Source of the DNA: Octopus bimaculoides | Lineage: Eukaryota | Assembly: GCF_001194135.2 (NCBI RefSeq) | Contig: NC_068989.1 | Location: forward strand, 1,972,458-2,036,457 | Direction: 5' to 3' | Length of the DNA stretch: 64,000 nt | Shown: piece by piece, positions 22,760-37,200 of the stretch | Layout of the letters: each line of letters starts with the position of its first letter | Position numbering within the stretch: the stretch's first letter is position 1 | Notes under the pieces: model-generated | The model's database searches: none | Told to the model about the DNA's origin: nothing | What the model saw: only the letters and a program-made list of their open reading frames with translations | Program-made: the position numbers and the translations under genes

Positions 22760-23230
22760 GTGCTTGAGGAGACCTATTGAGTCAAGTACATCAACATCAA
22801 AATGAAAATCAAATGGAAATTGTAGTTGTGATCTCTGTGCCATTGGCATGTAAAAAGTACCATCCGAATGTGGTCCGTGTCAGCCTCTTCTGGCCCCTGT
22901 GCTGGTGGCACATAAAAAGCACTCACTACACTACACAGCCGTAGAAAATCATGGCAAATCAGACTGGAGCCTGGTGCAGCATTCCAGCTTACCAGCCCTG
23001 GTCAAACCTGTCCAACCCATGCCAGCATCGACAACAGACGTTAAATGATGATGATGATATATATCATCATTTAACGTCTCCTTTTCCATGCTTGAATGGT
23101 TTGACATGGACAGATGGTTTCTATTAGCTGGATGCCCTTCCTTGCACCAACAACTTAACAGAGTGTACCCGGTGCTGTTTTGTGACCCTCAGCACTTGTA
23201 AGGTCACCAAGCAATTTGTAAGACAAGACC
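22760..23230. mobile_element. Two RTE 3'-end copies, tail-to-tail (+ about 22760-23057, - about 23062-23230)
   Basis: CCAACCCATGCCAGCAT...GTTAAATGATGATGATGAT, then ATCATCATTTAACGTC. Confidence 0.7.
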
Positions 23231-23269
23231 CTACACACTCCTTGCCTCAAGTGATTGGGATATTATAGT

Positions 23270-23640
23270 ACTGAAGGATAAGAAAGCAAGAGAGGGGGAC
23301 AGGAGCAGGTGTCTTGCTGAAGAAGTAAATATATGTGGTGTGCCATCTGAGGGGGGGGGGTCGAGATACAATCTGAATATGAGACAGAATAGGACAGAGA
23401 AACAGAAAAGGTTGAATTGGTCTGTAAGAGTGCTAGAATGCGAATAGTGAGACATGATTAGTAAGAGGGAATGAATGGGTGTGTAGGGAATACCAGTTTA
23501 GTGGAAGAGAAATGAAGGAAGGAAGGAAATAGGGTTCCACAGAAGATTGATGGAAGAATGGGTTTATGAGGAGTCGTGGGTGAAGGACTGAAAGAATCTC
23601 GGTTCTGTTGAGATGGAGGAGTCTTTTCAAGCACAGAATA
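23270..23640 (-). mobile_element. Possible degenerate Penelope-like ORF fragment
   Basis: Pyrimidine-rich degenerate ORF (HPF...LTIR...LLQT) reminiscent of the linker before the Penelope GIY-YIG domain; weak. Confidence 0.3.
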
Positions 23641-24748
23641 TTGCTGTTAATCTAAATCCCTTGTCATCCCTTCCAAGAAGCTTAAAATTTTGAGGTCAGT
23701 CTTCACCACTTCAGAAAAACATGTCAAACCATAGAGAAATATTACCTTGCTTGGAAACAGGTGAAGGTTGGTGACAGCAAGGGCATCCAGCTGTAGAAAA
23801 TCTGCTGCAATAAATTGTCTGACCTATGCACATATAGAAAGGGGGACACTTAATGCTGAAGATGATGTGTCTAGAACTACATTCCCCAGAGTATCTTCCC
23901 ATTTTGCCAACGGAAATAACAACTCTTCCACTTCTTATCTGCCTATTACATTGTCCCTGCCACCATTTAGTAACAGGAACTGTAAGCAACACCATTAGTA
24001 ACAGGAATTGTTTACTAACCATGACTAACATGTCTTCCTTTTTGGTCAGTTATCATCATCATCATTTAACATCTGCTTTCCATGTTGGATGGTTTGACAA
24101 GAGTTGGCTAGGCAGAAAACTGCACCATGCACTCCAACCACTCCACAAATATTTTATCTTGTTTGCTCCACCATACTTAAAATGGTATAGTCAGGGATTT
24201 GGCTACCAATTATTGCAGGGTCAGCAGTCGCTTGGAAACTCCTTCAAGACTTGAGCTACCTTGTCTACTTCTGCAGTGTCTATGGTTATTGGAGAAAGAG
24301 AGTATAACACGTCTAGACTGTCACACTGTGCCACCACAATCCACAGTGTGCAGCATTTTCACCAGTGCGTAGTATGGAGGATTGTTGAGACTGGAACAAT
24401 GGATTGTAAGGTATGTCCACTCGTTTGGCTGACAGACCCAAGTTAAAACAGCAATTACCTGTGGACCATAGAATCGTTTGAATGAAGGTAACCTGGGTTT
24501 AAACACCATTGGCATTTTGGTGAGAAGGTCATGGGCAAGGAGTTATAAACAAAAAGGTATTTACAAAATACTATAAATATATAACCTATGCAATAATGAA
24601 ACAACCATTCCATTATACCAAAGAATCAAAGAGAAGGAGTTAAATATAAAAATTGCTTTTTTTATTATTATTTATAACCAACCCCTTATCATAACAATAA
24701 TAATAATAATAATGATAATTATTATTATTATTGTTGTTGTTGTTTATT

Positions 24749-24886
24749 TTATCCAACCCGTTTCCCCATCCAGAACTTTGGTTTCGATTTGAAGTTGCGT
24801 GTGATATCATGAGCAGATCTACGAAGCTTCTTCCGTTCCAAATGATGCTCTTTTCTCTTTCTATGTTCCAATTCTTCATCTTTGTC
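24749..24886 (-). CDS. NOL10: NOL10 coding exon 19 (terminal)
   Basis: DKDEELEHRKRKEHHLERKKLRRSAHDI...GKRVG-TAA; acceptor ttgcag. Confidence 0.9.
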   Translation of the reverse strand, partial: DKDEELEHRKRKEHHLERKKLRRSAHDITRNFKSKPKFWMGKRVG

Positions 24887-27800
24887 CTGCAATAAAGAAC
24901 AGAAACCATTTTATTTAAAATGACAATATAAAAAAATTAAAAACAAAAGGAAAACTAAGGTAGGGCTCCAGCATGGCCACAGTTAAAAAATATTCATAAA
25001 TTTCCTTTCCTTTTTAAAGCTTCTAATTATTTTATTTGTTGTTTATTTCCAGATTTTGTTTTTTCCTTCAGGTATAGTGTATCTAGGACTACATTAATCA
25101 GTGTTCTTTCTTTATTTGTAAGATGATAAACTGTAATTTGAGTCTGTTTTGGCTGTTATTACTAGCATGGTAAATGTCCATTGAGTGATTTAAGCTATCA
25201 GATAATTAATTCTGAGATTTCACATCCAAATCTGCTGCATGTGTTTTTCTTATATCTTGGGGCAAGACACCTTATTCCCCATACCCCTGTTAAATTAGGT
25301 GTCATTGAGGATGTCATCAGTGTGGCTGCTAAAGTTGCAGCCCCAGAAAAGGGATCACAACACCCTATTTATTTTATTCCAAAGAAAGAATCCAATCCAT
25401 GGGATCAGACATGCACAGGAACGGCTGTGTGGTCGAGAAGTTTGCTTCCCAACCACATGGTTCCAGGTTCAGTCCCACTGCATGGCCCTTTGGGAAAGAG
25501 TCTTCTACTATAGTCCTGGATACACCAAAGCATTGTGAATTGATTTGGTACATGGAAACTGTACAGAAACCTGTTGTGTGTGTGTGTGGGGGGATGTGTG
25601 GCTGAAACACAGACCTGGGAACGAAAGAACAATTCAGGTTCAAATCCCAGTGGAGACAGAATTTTGGAAAGCAGCAGGAGGACCCCCAGGAGTCATGACT
25701 TGGGTGGGACCGGCTCCCATAGAGAAGATACACAGTCTGTAGGAAACTTACCTTCTTCAATGTGAACGAGAATTCCATGTGTCCTGATAAAGTATCTCGG
25801 TTCGCTTTGGCTTCATCTTCATTCTCTTCATTCAAACGTTCAAACAAACTTCTCCTAAAAGACAAAAAAACAACAAAAAAAACAAAAAGAAAACAGAAAT
25901 GTAGATACAGATCATCATCATCATCGTTTAACGTTTGTTTTCCATGCTGGCATGGGTTGGATGGTTTGACTGAGGTCTGGAGAGCCAGTGGCTGCACCAG
26001 GGTCCAGTCTGACAATGTTTCTACAGGTGGATGCCTTTCCAAACGCCAACCACCCTAAGAGTGTAGTGGGGGCTTTTTACACGCCATCGGCACAGGAGCC
26101 AGTCAAGCGTGCCTGGCATTGATCACGCTTGGAATAAACTACAAAATATTGTTTTCAAATATTGACACAAGGCCAGCAATTTCGAGGGAGATGGGTGGGA
26201 GGAGTTTGAACAGACAAAATACCACAAAACATTTTGGCCATTCTGCCAGCTTGACACCTTACAAACCATAAAATATTAGTTGCAAAATGACTGAGTGGTT
26301 CGAATCTCAGTGGAGGTGGCAGTAATGTTGTTGTTATTGTTTAATCTAGGTCAGTCATGATCAAGCAGATTGATGACATGTAAGTGATGAGTAAAGTTTT
26401 TTAACCACAGGTCATCCTTGATTGAGCTGATTTATGACACAGAACTAGTCAGCTGATCAATTGCTGTTGTGGGTTAAAAATGAAAACCATGCCAAGAACT
26501 TACTAACAATCATCAGTGTTAGGCTATCATCATCATCATCATCGTCATCGTCATCGATCTAACGAGCACTTCTCCATGCTTGTGTGGATTGGGTGGGATT
26601 TGTTGATGTGGATTTTCTACAACCACATTCCCTTCCTGTCACCAACCCTCACCTGTTTCCACGTCCGGTAAGATTCCACCCCCATGGGATGGGGAACCAA
26701 CCATGTTTTTTTTTTTTTTTACAGAAGATTGGGAATGAATGACATAGCTGCTTGTATAACAGTGACACTCGTTTACAACTGTTATGCAATGCCAAGGCAA
26801 TGAGACACAAACAAACACACACACATTTATGATGGGCTACTTTCACTTTCTGTTTCTATTAAATCCATTTACATAAAGTGCCACACAGCAGGATTGAATC
26901 CAGAACCATGTTGTTGGGAAGCCAACTTCTTACCACACAGCCACGCATGTACAAATATACAAAACACCATAAAAAAACAAAACCAAAAGAAAACTAGAAA
27001 TAGAGAAATACTAACTTGTTTTTCTTTTTTGCTTTTGATAAAACATCATCACCTTCTTTGAGTTCAAAGAATTTCGGTTTTGATTTCTCAGCAGATGCTT
27101 TGCTCTCAGTGTTGGTCAAATCATTTTTAACATGTCCTCCTCTCTTGTCCTTCTCAACAGTTCTCTTCTTTTCTTTCAATTTCTTTTTCCCCTCAACCCT
27201 TCGATGTTGTTCCCTTAACTCTTCCTTTACTTTCACCTCATCTTCCTCACTCGTACTGTCGTCAGTGCTGGATTCGTCCTCACTCGCTTTACCTTCCAAT
27301 TCTTCTTGCTGTAAGGAATGGAAAGTTAGCAACATGAATGAAGTAGAAAACTAGTAGGATAAGTACCAAACAAAACCTAAGCCCTGGGGGTCAATTTGTT
27401 TGACTAAACCCTCACAAGGTGGTGCCCCAGCTTGGTCGTAGTCCAGTGACTGAAACAAATTCAAGATGAAGGGGGAGGGGGCAGTCATTGTCAGTTTGAG
27501 GAGCACAAGGGTTAGAGAGGTATAAAGAGAGAGAGTGGGAGGGAGAAAAAGAAAGAGAAAACTAAGAAGATAATATGAAATGAATTGAGAAGAGTTATAG
27601 ATGGAAGGGAGTTGGAATATGGGCGTTGGGGGAGAGGAAGAAGGAGAGGAAAGGGAGACGCAATAAGGTGGGAGGAGACAGGGGAAAGAGTAAGAAAGAG
27701 AGGGGAGGAAGTAGGAATAAGGAGGAGATAGGAGAAAGGAGACAGAAGAAAGAGTACGAAAGAGAAGGGAGGGAGTAGCAATAAGGAGGAGACAGGAGAA

Positions 27801-28169
27801 ATAGTAAGAAAGAGAGAAGAGACAGAAGAAAGAGTAAGAACGAGGAGGGAGGGAGTAACAAGAGCCAGGGTGCATACCTCAACAGGTTTGAACTGATCTT
27901 TGACTTCTTTCTTTTTCTGTTTCTTGTGAAGATCTTTTTCAAGTTTCGTAATTAGGGGACTGATTAAGTGGAATTCTTTGCTGGTGCGATCGATTCGGAA
28001 GTTTTTGTTGTGGAACATGGCGGCAAAACGTTTGTCTTTCAAGAGGTTTGGCAGCTTTTCTGATTTCTGTGGGGAAATAAGAGAAAATATTTCAATAGAT
28101 GGCACCATTCATAGAGATCTTTGGTGGCACACAAACATATATACATGTTTATACACGTGTATGTATGTA

Positions 28170-28216
<47 letters not shown>

Positions 28217-31200
28217 CTGTTGAGAATATATAGAGAACATGCACAGAAGCTTGTAGTTACTGACCTTGGCATCAGCGCCTTGTTTTTCATCTTCTAAATC
28301 TTCCATCAGCTTGAGAGCCAGGTCTTTGTTGATAGGAGGCAGTTTCTGCACCAAGAACATTAACCATATTAGGCAAAAATGATATAAACACATATTTATA
28401 TTCAGTGCATGCAATGTATGTAGGAAAAGAGAAAGTAATTGAACGAATGTTATCATTGATAAAAGTCGTGGACATGTTTTGACATATCACAGTACACAGT
28501 ATTGACCAGACCGTCAGATACTGTTATACACCACTGGTCACAATGTGCTTCCAATTCTGTCTTGATTGCACCATTCTTTTCTATCTGGACCCAGATTGCT
28601 TAACTAGATCATCTTCTCATCAGCATGGAGGCCTTCCAAGTGGCCATTTCAGATCTCTTGGATATAATTTGGCAACTGTATGGGTCCACCTGTTGTCTGT
28701 GAACCTGATGACATGTCCAGCCCAGAGGAAATTGTGCTTTTGGGACTCTGCAATCACATCTTTCACTCTGCTCTTGAATAATCTCATTTCCAATGTGCTC
28801 TCTTAATGATATTCCTATTTCTTCCAAAGTTCAAATTGATGATGCAAGTGCTTATTTTTAGAATGACATTGTAGGGTAAGTGTGAAAGACCAGACTTGGT
28901 TAGTTTGAACACAAAACAGGCAGAATACTTGGGCTGGATTCGGCCAGTTTAAATGCTGAAAGGTTAAAAAGACATCCAAATCTGACCTTTCATCAACTCT
29001 CGCACATTTGACCTTTCACTCTAACATTTCATCAAGTTATTAAAATACAAACCTCAAGTTTGACATGAGTGGTTCGACTTTTCTCAATCGTTTCTCGAAT
29101 TTTTTCTTTCTTGTATTTATCGTATGCAAACGGTTCAATGATTGCTTTTGCCTTGCAAAAAATAAAATAAAATAAAAAAATAATAATGATAATTGTTATT
29201 AAGAAATTATAAAAACAAACCCTCAACGACACTCCTTTCCGTAAATACTATTTATATAATGATAATAACATATTATTTCCTCTGTTTGTTCTTACCTGTC
29301 TTCAATGCATGTATCTGAGGGTTACACTTTATGCAACCTTCACTATGGAAGAAAACTGAAGACGTAAAGGAAATATCTAAAATAATGAGTGTCAAGAAGA
29401 TCGATAAATTTATGCATTAAAATGGAAATAAGAACATTTTATATAAAGTGGAATTTCTACGAATCCTGTTTGTTCTGCAATAACGCTTGATAATAACTGA
29501 ATGCCTCATTTAACTGAAACAGCCCTGCCTCTCTCCCTCTCTTGGAACCCCTACAATGTATAGACCCGCTTCACCTACAAACTTCATGCTAATGATGCCT
29601 TACAAAAACCTAAACTGAAGATTAGTCTCCTTAACCTCACCAAACTGAGCAAACTTAATAAGTTCATGGTTATGGTACCCTCCTCTCCATTCTGCAGAAT
29701 CACAGGCTTTCCTCATTTTCTTGCCATCTTTTACAAATCCTTTGAATTTTTGATCCTCTTTGAGTCCCACTGATAAAAAAATGGATCTATTTTTTGTTTC
29801 TCAAAGTTTCTAAATCCTTATGACATAAACAACAAACAATTCTGATAGGTACAAACAAAACTTCTAAAATGGATGGAGAAATTAAAAAAATTGCTTTGGT
29901 CCAGTGGTAGAATGTCTTGTCATATTTACAGAAGAAGTGGGTTCAAGTCCCACAAGCAGCTTTTGACATTTTTCTATCGATGGGCATATTTTAACCCAAT
30001 ATTTACATGTTATTATTATAGCTTTATCTATTTTGAGTTCCACCCTCGAACCCTGCCCCCCCCCCCCCAAAAAAAAACATAAGATTTATTTTAAGTCTCT
30101 TGAAGTTTCTAAGTTCTGATATAAACAGCAAAATCTTAATTTTAAGTAAAATATGGGAAAAAGGTCTTTCTTCCTCTTCTGAAAAAAAAAAAAAAAGAAA
30201 GGAAGAAAAAATATGGTAGCAGTTGCCCCTACCTTATGATAGAGACGGGTGTCCATAAAGTAACCATGCATGTAGGCACGTAACATCTTGGAACCAATCA
30301 AGTGTGACAGACCAATCTCTTCCAGTTCGTTTCGTGTGACAAACTTGTAGTCGTCATATACTGAAATATTTACCAAACGTGTGAGATTAGAGAAAAAGCT
30401 TTGACTCGTGTAGCAATGTGTGGAGAGAAGATTTGGTGGAGCTGTTTGGAAATCTATGATGTGACCGTGTCAGGAAAATTCACCGCAAATGCTTTTGCTG
30501 TAGGAAAATTTTCTGTTAAGGAAACACAAGAACACGATAACCGAGTTTTGGGCAATTATCTTTCTCTGATTGGTAGGTTACTTGAGAAAGTTACCATTTC
30601 AAGAAAACAGCTAAATTTTTTTTGTTTTACAATAAATTTTCCTACAGCAAAATTGCTTGTGGTGAAATTTCCTGTAACTCAATGTGACACAACTGACTGG
30701 ACATTCAGCGTGTTTGGGTGACAATAGAAGTGTTGGAGGCAAATACACACACACACACACACAAAAGGTTTCTTTCAGGTGCTATCAACCAAATCCCCTC
30801 ATAAAGCTTAGGCTGGCCCAGGGTTATAGAAGATACATGCTCAAGGGGGCCATGCATTGGGACTGAACCCAAGGCCATACAACTGGGAAGCTAGCTTCCT
30901 AACCACACAGCCATGACTGTGCCTACACAAAGTGAAAAAACCCTTTAGAATTTGAAGAGGTTTTAAACAACAACATAAAAGTCCAAAGACAAACTAAAAT
31001 TAAAGCCAAACTTACCTGTTTCTATTTTGCTTTCTTCGAGTTCTTCAGTCAAACTATCCAAAAATGAACACCATTTTGGAGCAGTACCAATCGACTGAAA
31101 GGAAACCATGAACAATAACAGTAAACTGTGAGTCTTTCATATTGGACAACATATAAACATCGCCATTTCCATATTTGCAGGAATTGGCTAAAGTTTATTG

Positions 31201-34200
31201 AGGCAGGCTTTATATATAATGCCCCTCCTGCCACCAAACCTTGCTCGTTTCCAAGTAAGCTAATAATTTTCCAATGGCCACACGTTTTTGCAGAATACTG
31301 GAAATGACCGACAAGGAGACACATCAACACGTGTTGCACTCATGATGGCAAGATAATGGTTTCAATTCCCAGACCAGTGGCAGATTGTGTTCTTGAGCAA
31401 AACCCTTCATTTCACATTGTTCCAGTTCACTCAGCTGTAAGAGGGTCACCCTTCCAACGGACTGGCCTTCTGATTGTTGCTCTGACAATTCAGTCACCAG
31501 GGTGGTAGCATTTGAAAGCTACAATAATGCAAGGAAGTGCATTGTGGCCAGCAGTGTATAACAACACTAGATTGTATGGTTGATACAATGATATGTGTGT
31601 GTGGCACATAAAAAGCATCATTCAAGCGAGGCTGATGCCAGTGCTGGTGGCACGTAAAAAGTACCATTTGAGCATGGTCGATGTCAGTGGCCTCTGTGCC
31701 GGTGGCACATAAAAAAGCACCCACTACACTCTCGGAGTGGTTGGCATTAGGAAGGGCATCCAGCTGTAGAAACTCTGCTAGATCNNNNNNNNNNCATCCA
31801 GCTGTAGAAACTCTGCTAGATCAGATTGGAGCCTGGTGCAGCCTTCTGGCTCACCAGTCCTCAGTCAAACCGTCCAACTCATGCTAACATAGAAGGCGGA
31901 TGTTAAACGATAATGATGATGATGATAAATATATGACAAGTTTCTCTCAATTGCTGTCTACTAAATCTACTCAGAGTAGAAGACACTTGCCCAAACTGCC
32001 ACACAATGGGACTGAACTTGAAACCCTGTGGTTGGCAAGTAAACTCCTTAACCACACAGCCATGCCTGCACTCATAAATATATAAAAACATAAAGGCAAA
32101 TAGAAGGAACTTAGTGAAAGTGATTGCTTACTGGTAGGAAATAGACGAGGACTTTAGGAGCTTCATTCGTTAGGAACACCATACCAGAGTTGGGGTAGAC
32201 AGCTAAATCTGTAAGGGGTACACCTGGCTCAATAGCTGTGTATGCTTTACCCTGAAAACAAGAAACACAGAAAATAAATAAAAAGAAATATAATATTGAC
32301 GCATGCTCAAAAATAATTTTTTCCACTTAATTAATAAAATTAATTTGTTTTTGTTTTATAGTGGAATTCGATATCATATATGGGTCAATATCTCCCACAC
32401 CTTGGTGTGAGCCATTATGATAAAATAAGCAGGAGTTAATGATTTCATATTTTGGCACAAGGCCTGCAATTTCAAGGGAGGGTGTAAGTTGATTTCATCA
32501 GCCCCAGTGTTCAACTGGTACTTATTTTAGTCAATAACAACAAATATTGTACAGCATTTACAAACTGTAAACTTACTGTGAGTTGATTCCAGAAGCGAAG
32601 AGTTTTGGCATCCAGTGAAAGTACAAGATCTTCTTGGTTGTGGAAATAGATTGATTTGATGGGGAGACCATAATGGTGGTCTTTGACTAAGAGTGGTTGG
32701 TTGGAACGAAGATCATATAATAACACCTGAAATCATTGAAGAGTGATTAACATTAAACTGTAAAGGAGGGCCAAAATGTCAGGTTGGCTTAATGGTTAGG
32801 GTATTTGGCTCATGACTGTAAGGCCATGAGTTCAATCCCTGGCAGCATATAATATCCTTGAGCAAGACACTTTATTTTATGTTGCTCAAGTTTTCTTACC
32901 TGGCAAAAATAAGTTGTACCTCTAATTCAAAGGGCCAGCCTTATTACATTCTGTGTCATGCTGGAGCTGCCTGAGAACGATATTAAGAGTATGTGTGTCT
33001 GTGGAGTGCTCAGCCATTTGCACATTAGTTGATCAGATCATAACTGATGGAGTGCCAGATTATAGATAAAATAATTACCGATGGTGACGACAATGGAGTG
33101 GTTAAGAGTGCGGGCTACTAACCCCAAGATTCCGAGTTTGATTCCAGGTAGTGACCTGAACGACAACGACGGCGACAACAACAACAGCAACAAAAACACC
33201 AGAAAATACCTTAGGAATTAGAACCCAGGTTTGAAATTTCCCCAAGATACCTGCTAGAGGCTGGAGGGTATATCAGCCGAAACGTGTTAACAACAAACAA
33301 GATGAGGACAAATATCCGTCAAATGTAAATAATTCCTCATCTCTAAAATATAGAAGTATGCATTTGTCTCAAAAGAACCAGTCTACATCACTGGAGGCAA
33401 ATGAAGTCACAGGTTACATCAGAAGTTCCCTTTTCTTGGAGAGAGATGTCTAAACAAAGACTAGGGGTCTCTTACTCCCAGCCATAAGATGGCTGTTGAT
33501 CTCATGAGTTCATTTGCTTTTTGACAGGTTTTGTTCTTTAGTCCATCAGGGTGTCTAACAGAAATCACTCTCCTTACCAAGCAGACTTAGTGAGGTTACC
33601 AGTTTCATTGCCGACAGCCCAACCATGTGACAGGTTCTATTTGGTTACATATTAACAATAGCACTTGAGGTAAACAAAGAAGACATAACGGAGAAGACTA
33701 ACATGACCAGAACTGGTTCCAATACCAAATTTCAGAGCATCTTGATATTTAAGAGCTGTTACGGCAGGTTTGCTGTCGACTCTGAAAAGAGAGTTAAAAT
33801 AATGTAGATTAACAATAGGAAGTTTTTCTCTTCTAATTGCAAGGATAACCAACTCATTATATTACATAAACGATATGACATAAATCAACATTGTTATCAT
33901 CATCATCATCACCAAGTTAATGAGAGAGCTTCTACTTAGTCAAACAATTTGTTAGAAATAATAGCTAAAACCCCTCAAACTACACTTTTCTATCTTAAAA
34001 AATTAAAGGACACCATGAATATTGCAGACCTGGATAAATAAGATGAGGTGGTCATGGCCTGCTCAATCAGGAGTGACTCAGGGCTAAACATATACTAGCC
34101 TCTATACTGAATGTTGTTTTCTCACAAAAAAAACCAAAGAGCAGATGTGACTGTGGGGTAAGAAGTTACTTCCGAACCATATGGTTTCAAGTTCAATCCC

Positions 34201-37200
34201 ACTGCATAGCACTTTGGGCAAATGTCTTCTACTATAGCCTCAGGCCAACCAAAGCCTGGTGAGTGGATTTGGTAGATGGAAACTGAAAGAAGCCTGTCGT
34301 ATATGTGTTTCGGTGATATGTTGAGCTTGAGAAGACTCGTCAAGTGAAATTGTAGTTGTGGTTGATGCTGGTGTCATGTAAAAAGCATCCACTGCACTTT
34401 TAGAGTGGAGTGGTTGGTGTTAGGAAGAGCATCCAGCCGTAGTAGATCATGCCAGATCAGACTGGAACCTGGTGCAGCTCACCAGCTTAGCAGTCTCAGT
34501 GAAACTGTCTCACCCATGCCAGCATGGAAAGCAGATGCTAAATGATGATGATGATGATGGTATATATATGTGTGTGTGTGTCTGTCTCCCACCACTGCTT
34601 GATGATCAGTGTTGGTTTGTTGACATCTCCATAACTTAGTGGTTCAGCAAAAGCGATCAACAGAATAATTATGAAGCTTAAAAATAACAAAAGTAAAATA
34701 TGTACTGGGACCAATTCATTCGATAAAAAAAAGTTCTCCAAGGTGGTGCTCCAGTATGGCTGTAGTTTAATGACCGAATCAAATAAAAAATAAACGATAA
34801 ACAAAATCAGAAGAAGCCTGCTTACTTTATGTGTTCCTTAAAGTTAGGGCTTAGCAAGCCAACCCGGGTCTTGGATCGTGGATCCCAGCATTCAATGGTA
34901 CCCTGAAATGAGAAAATAAGGGAACAAAATTTAACCCCTTCTGTTTTCCTTTGTTTTTTCTTTTTACTTTTGTTTAACGGTAAATGTTGGATTGTTCTGA
35001 AAATTCAGCCATTTGTGTGAATATCCATCAGTGGGTGGCTGTTGGATGTCTCTGTAGTTATTTAATTATCATTTTTTTCTCTTTAATAATAAGTGCAAGG
35101 CTGTCCGTAACATGAACCACCAAGGGAAATACTAATTCATAGCAGTATCTGACAGAAATAGCAAAGAAATATCCCTGAAATCACACCTCACTGCCTTAAC
35201 CCTTTAGTATTTAAACCGACCATATCCTGTCCAAATATTCTACCTGGCAAGATCTGGCCTCTCACACCTACCTGACAATGTAATTCTAAAAATATACAAT
35301 CACATCATCAAAATTTCAAAGCTACAAGATACTTGTCATCATAGATATACTTGATCTGAAACCAACATAATGACAAATTTAAACTATAATAAAACAGGGA
35401 ATTCCTTGAAAACTCATTCTGCTGTACTTGAAACCTTGGGCCACTTTTTGAGTTCCACCTGTTTAACACAGCATCCATGACTTTCAGGAACATTTTTTCA
35501 TGCTCAGAATTGCGGAAGCATGGAATAAACTACCAGCATTTAGCTGTCAGGACACTACATCTTTCAAAACTTCCCTGCTTCCCAAAATTTGCCAATTGTA
35601 CACTTGATGACCCCAACTTTTTTAGTGACTCGTTCACTGTTCACTACCTGTTCATTATTGAATTTACCATTCACCCACCTTTGGTTTTTTTTTTTTTTTG
35701 ATGAGTTGTTGTGCACCTGAGCAGTGTAAACACTAAACTCATTATTATTATTAGTTTTAAAGATTCACACTGCATATTGAACCAATCACCAACCAACCAA
35801 CCAACCAACCACGAGCACAAGAGATCCTTTACCATCAATGTCCAGTTGTCACTGTTTTATAAAAGCACCATTGTTACACAAACTTTATGCAGACAGCTTT
35901 TGATATGAAGAATGGAAAACTACACAAAAGAATTGCACACCTTTGCAATTCTATTCCATCCAGTCCAAATATTGTTCTATAGATGCTCAAGCTGATTATT
36001 GACTGGATAAATTCCATCTCAGTGTGGCTTTGTGCCAGTGACAAGAAGTTGAAGTATGATTATGTCAGGGGTTGGTCTACAAAGGTCATAACCTGATCCT
36101 TTTAATTGTTATGCAAAACAATTAACTGATTAAATAATTACAAGATAAAAGAAAAAAACTGAACACACTTACTTCTCTTGTTCCACAAGTGAAGAGTTCA
36201 TGATACATGTTCATATCACAGCAATTTGATGTTCTGTGAAGAGAAAAATAAAAGTTGTGTTTGTATTGAGGCATATGAAATTGTTACACAGTGTTAGAAA
36301 TCATATTACGGAGATGTACTTGCATAGCAAGTGACCTGGTCTGAGATCGTGTGCTGGAACGAAAACAATTGCAGCGTGGAAGGTGTTTATAAGCCATTTA
36401 AGAAACACACAAAAACCGTTAGATTCACTTTGACATTTAAATTCGATTTGACAAAATATTTTCGTCACTTTGAGATCGCGACCTGATCACTAACAAAATT
36501 CCGTGCTGCATCATATTGTGAAATATAAAAGACAAAAAAGGCAACAAAAACAGACAAACAAGCATCACTACCTCCCAATCTCTGAAGAGAAGTTAAGGGA
36601 CAGAGCTTAATTCTGGTTTCAAAGTTGATGAGAGAAAAATGTTTTGGACAGGATGCTAGTTCATTGCAGGTTAACACTCTCTAATACTGATCTAAACCAG
36701 AAACCTGGTAGCTAGGTGTCCCAAGAAAATGGTAAATAAAATGTTCTGCCGAGAAACACTTAAACCAGATTTACCTCACGGCCTATGAGCAAGTTGCTCC
36801 AATACCACATCCACTCAGTTAACCAACCTCTGCTATTGTCACACTGGCCACTAAAACATCAATCACCATCATTTAATGTCCACTATTCCAGGCTTGCATG
36901 GGTCAGATAAAATTTATTGAAGCAGATTTTATATGGCTGGATGCTTTTCCTGTCACCAACCCTTACTTGTTTCCAAGCAAGGCAATATTTCCCCAAAGTC
37001 AGACTGGAAAGGAACAGCATTGCTTGTGTGATGATGATGCTTATTTCCAAGTATCACATAATATCAAGATGAAGCTACACACACATACATATACAAGTTG
37101 GGCTTCTTCACAGTTTCTACCAAATCAATTTCCCTCACAAGGCTTCACACAACTGAGGATATGGCAACAAACATTTGCCCCACGGTGGGATTAAACCTAA

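Noticed and set aside
27016-27875. Antisense and low-complexity ORFs over NOL10 exon 17 and intron 16
   Set aside because: Explained by the purine-rich coding strand and the minisatellite
29296-29370. Possible C/D snoRNA-like segment (GTCTTCA...CTGAAGAC) in a NOL10 intron
   Set aside because: No canonical C box, and it lies on the strand opposite to the host transcript
31757-31822. Direct duplication CATCCAGCTGTAGAAACTCTGCTAGATC on both sides of a 10-N gap
   Set aside because: Typical unmerged contig overlap inside an RTE copy; assembly artefact
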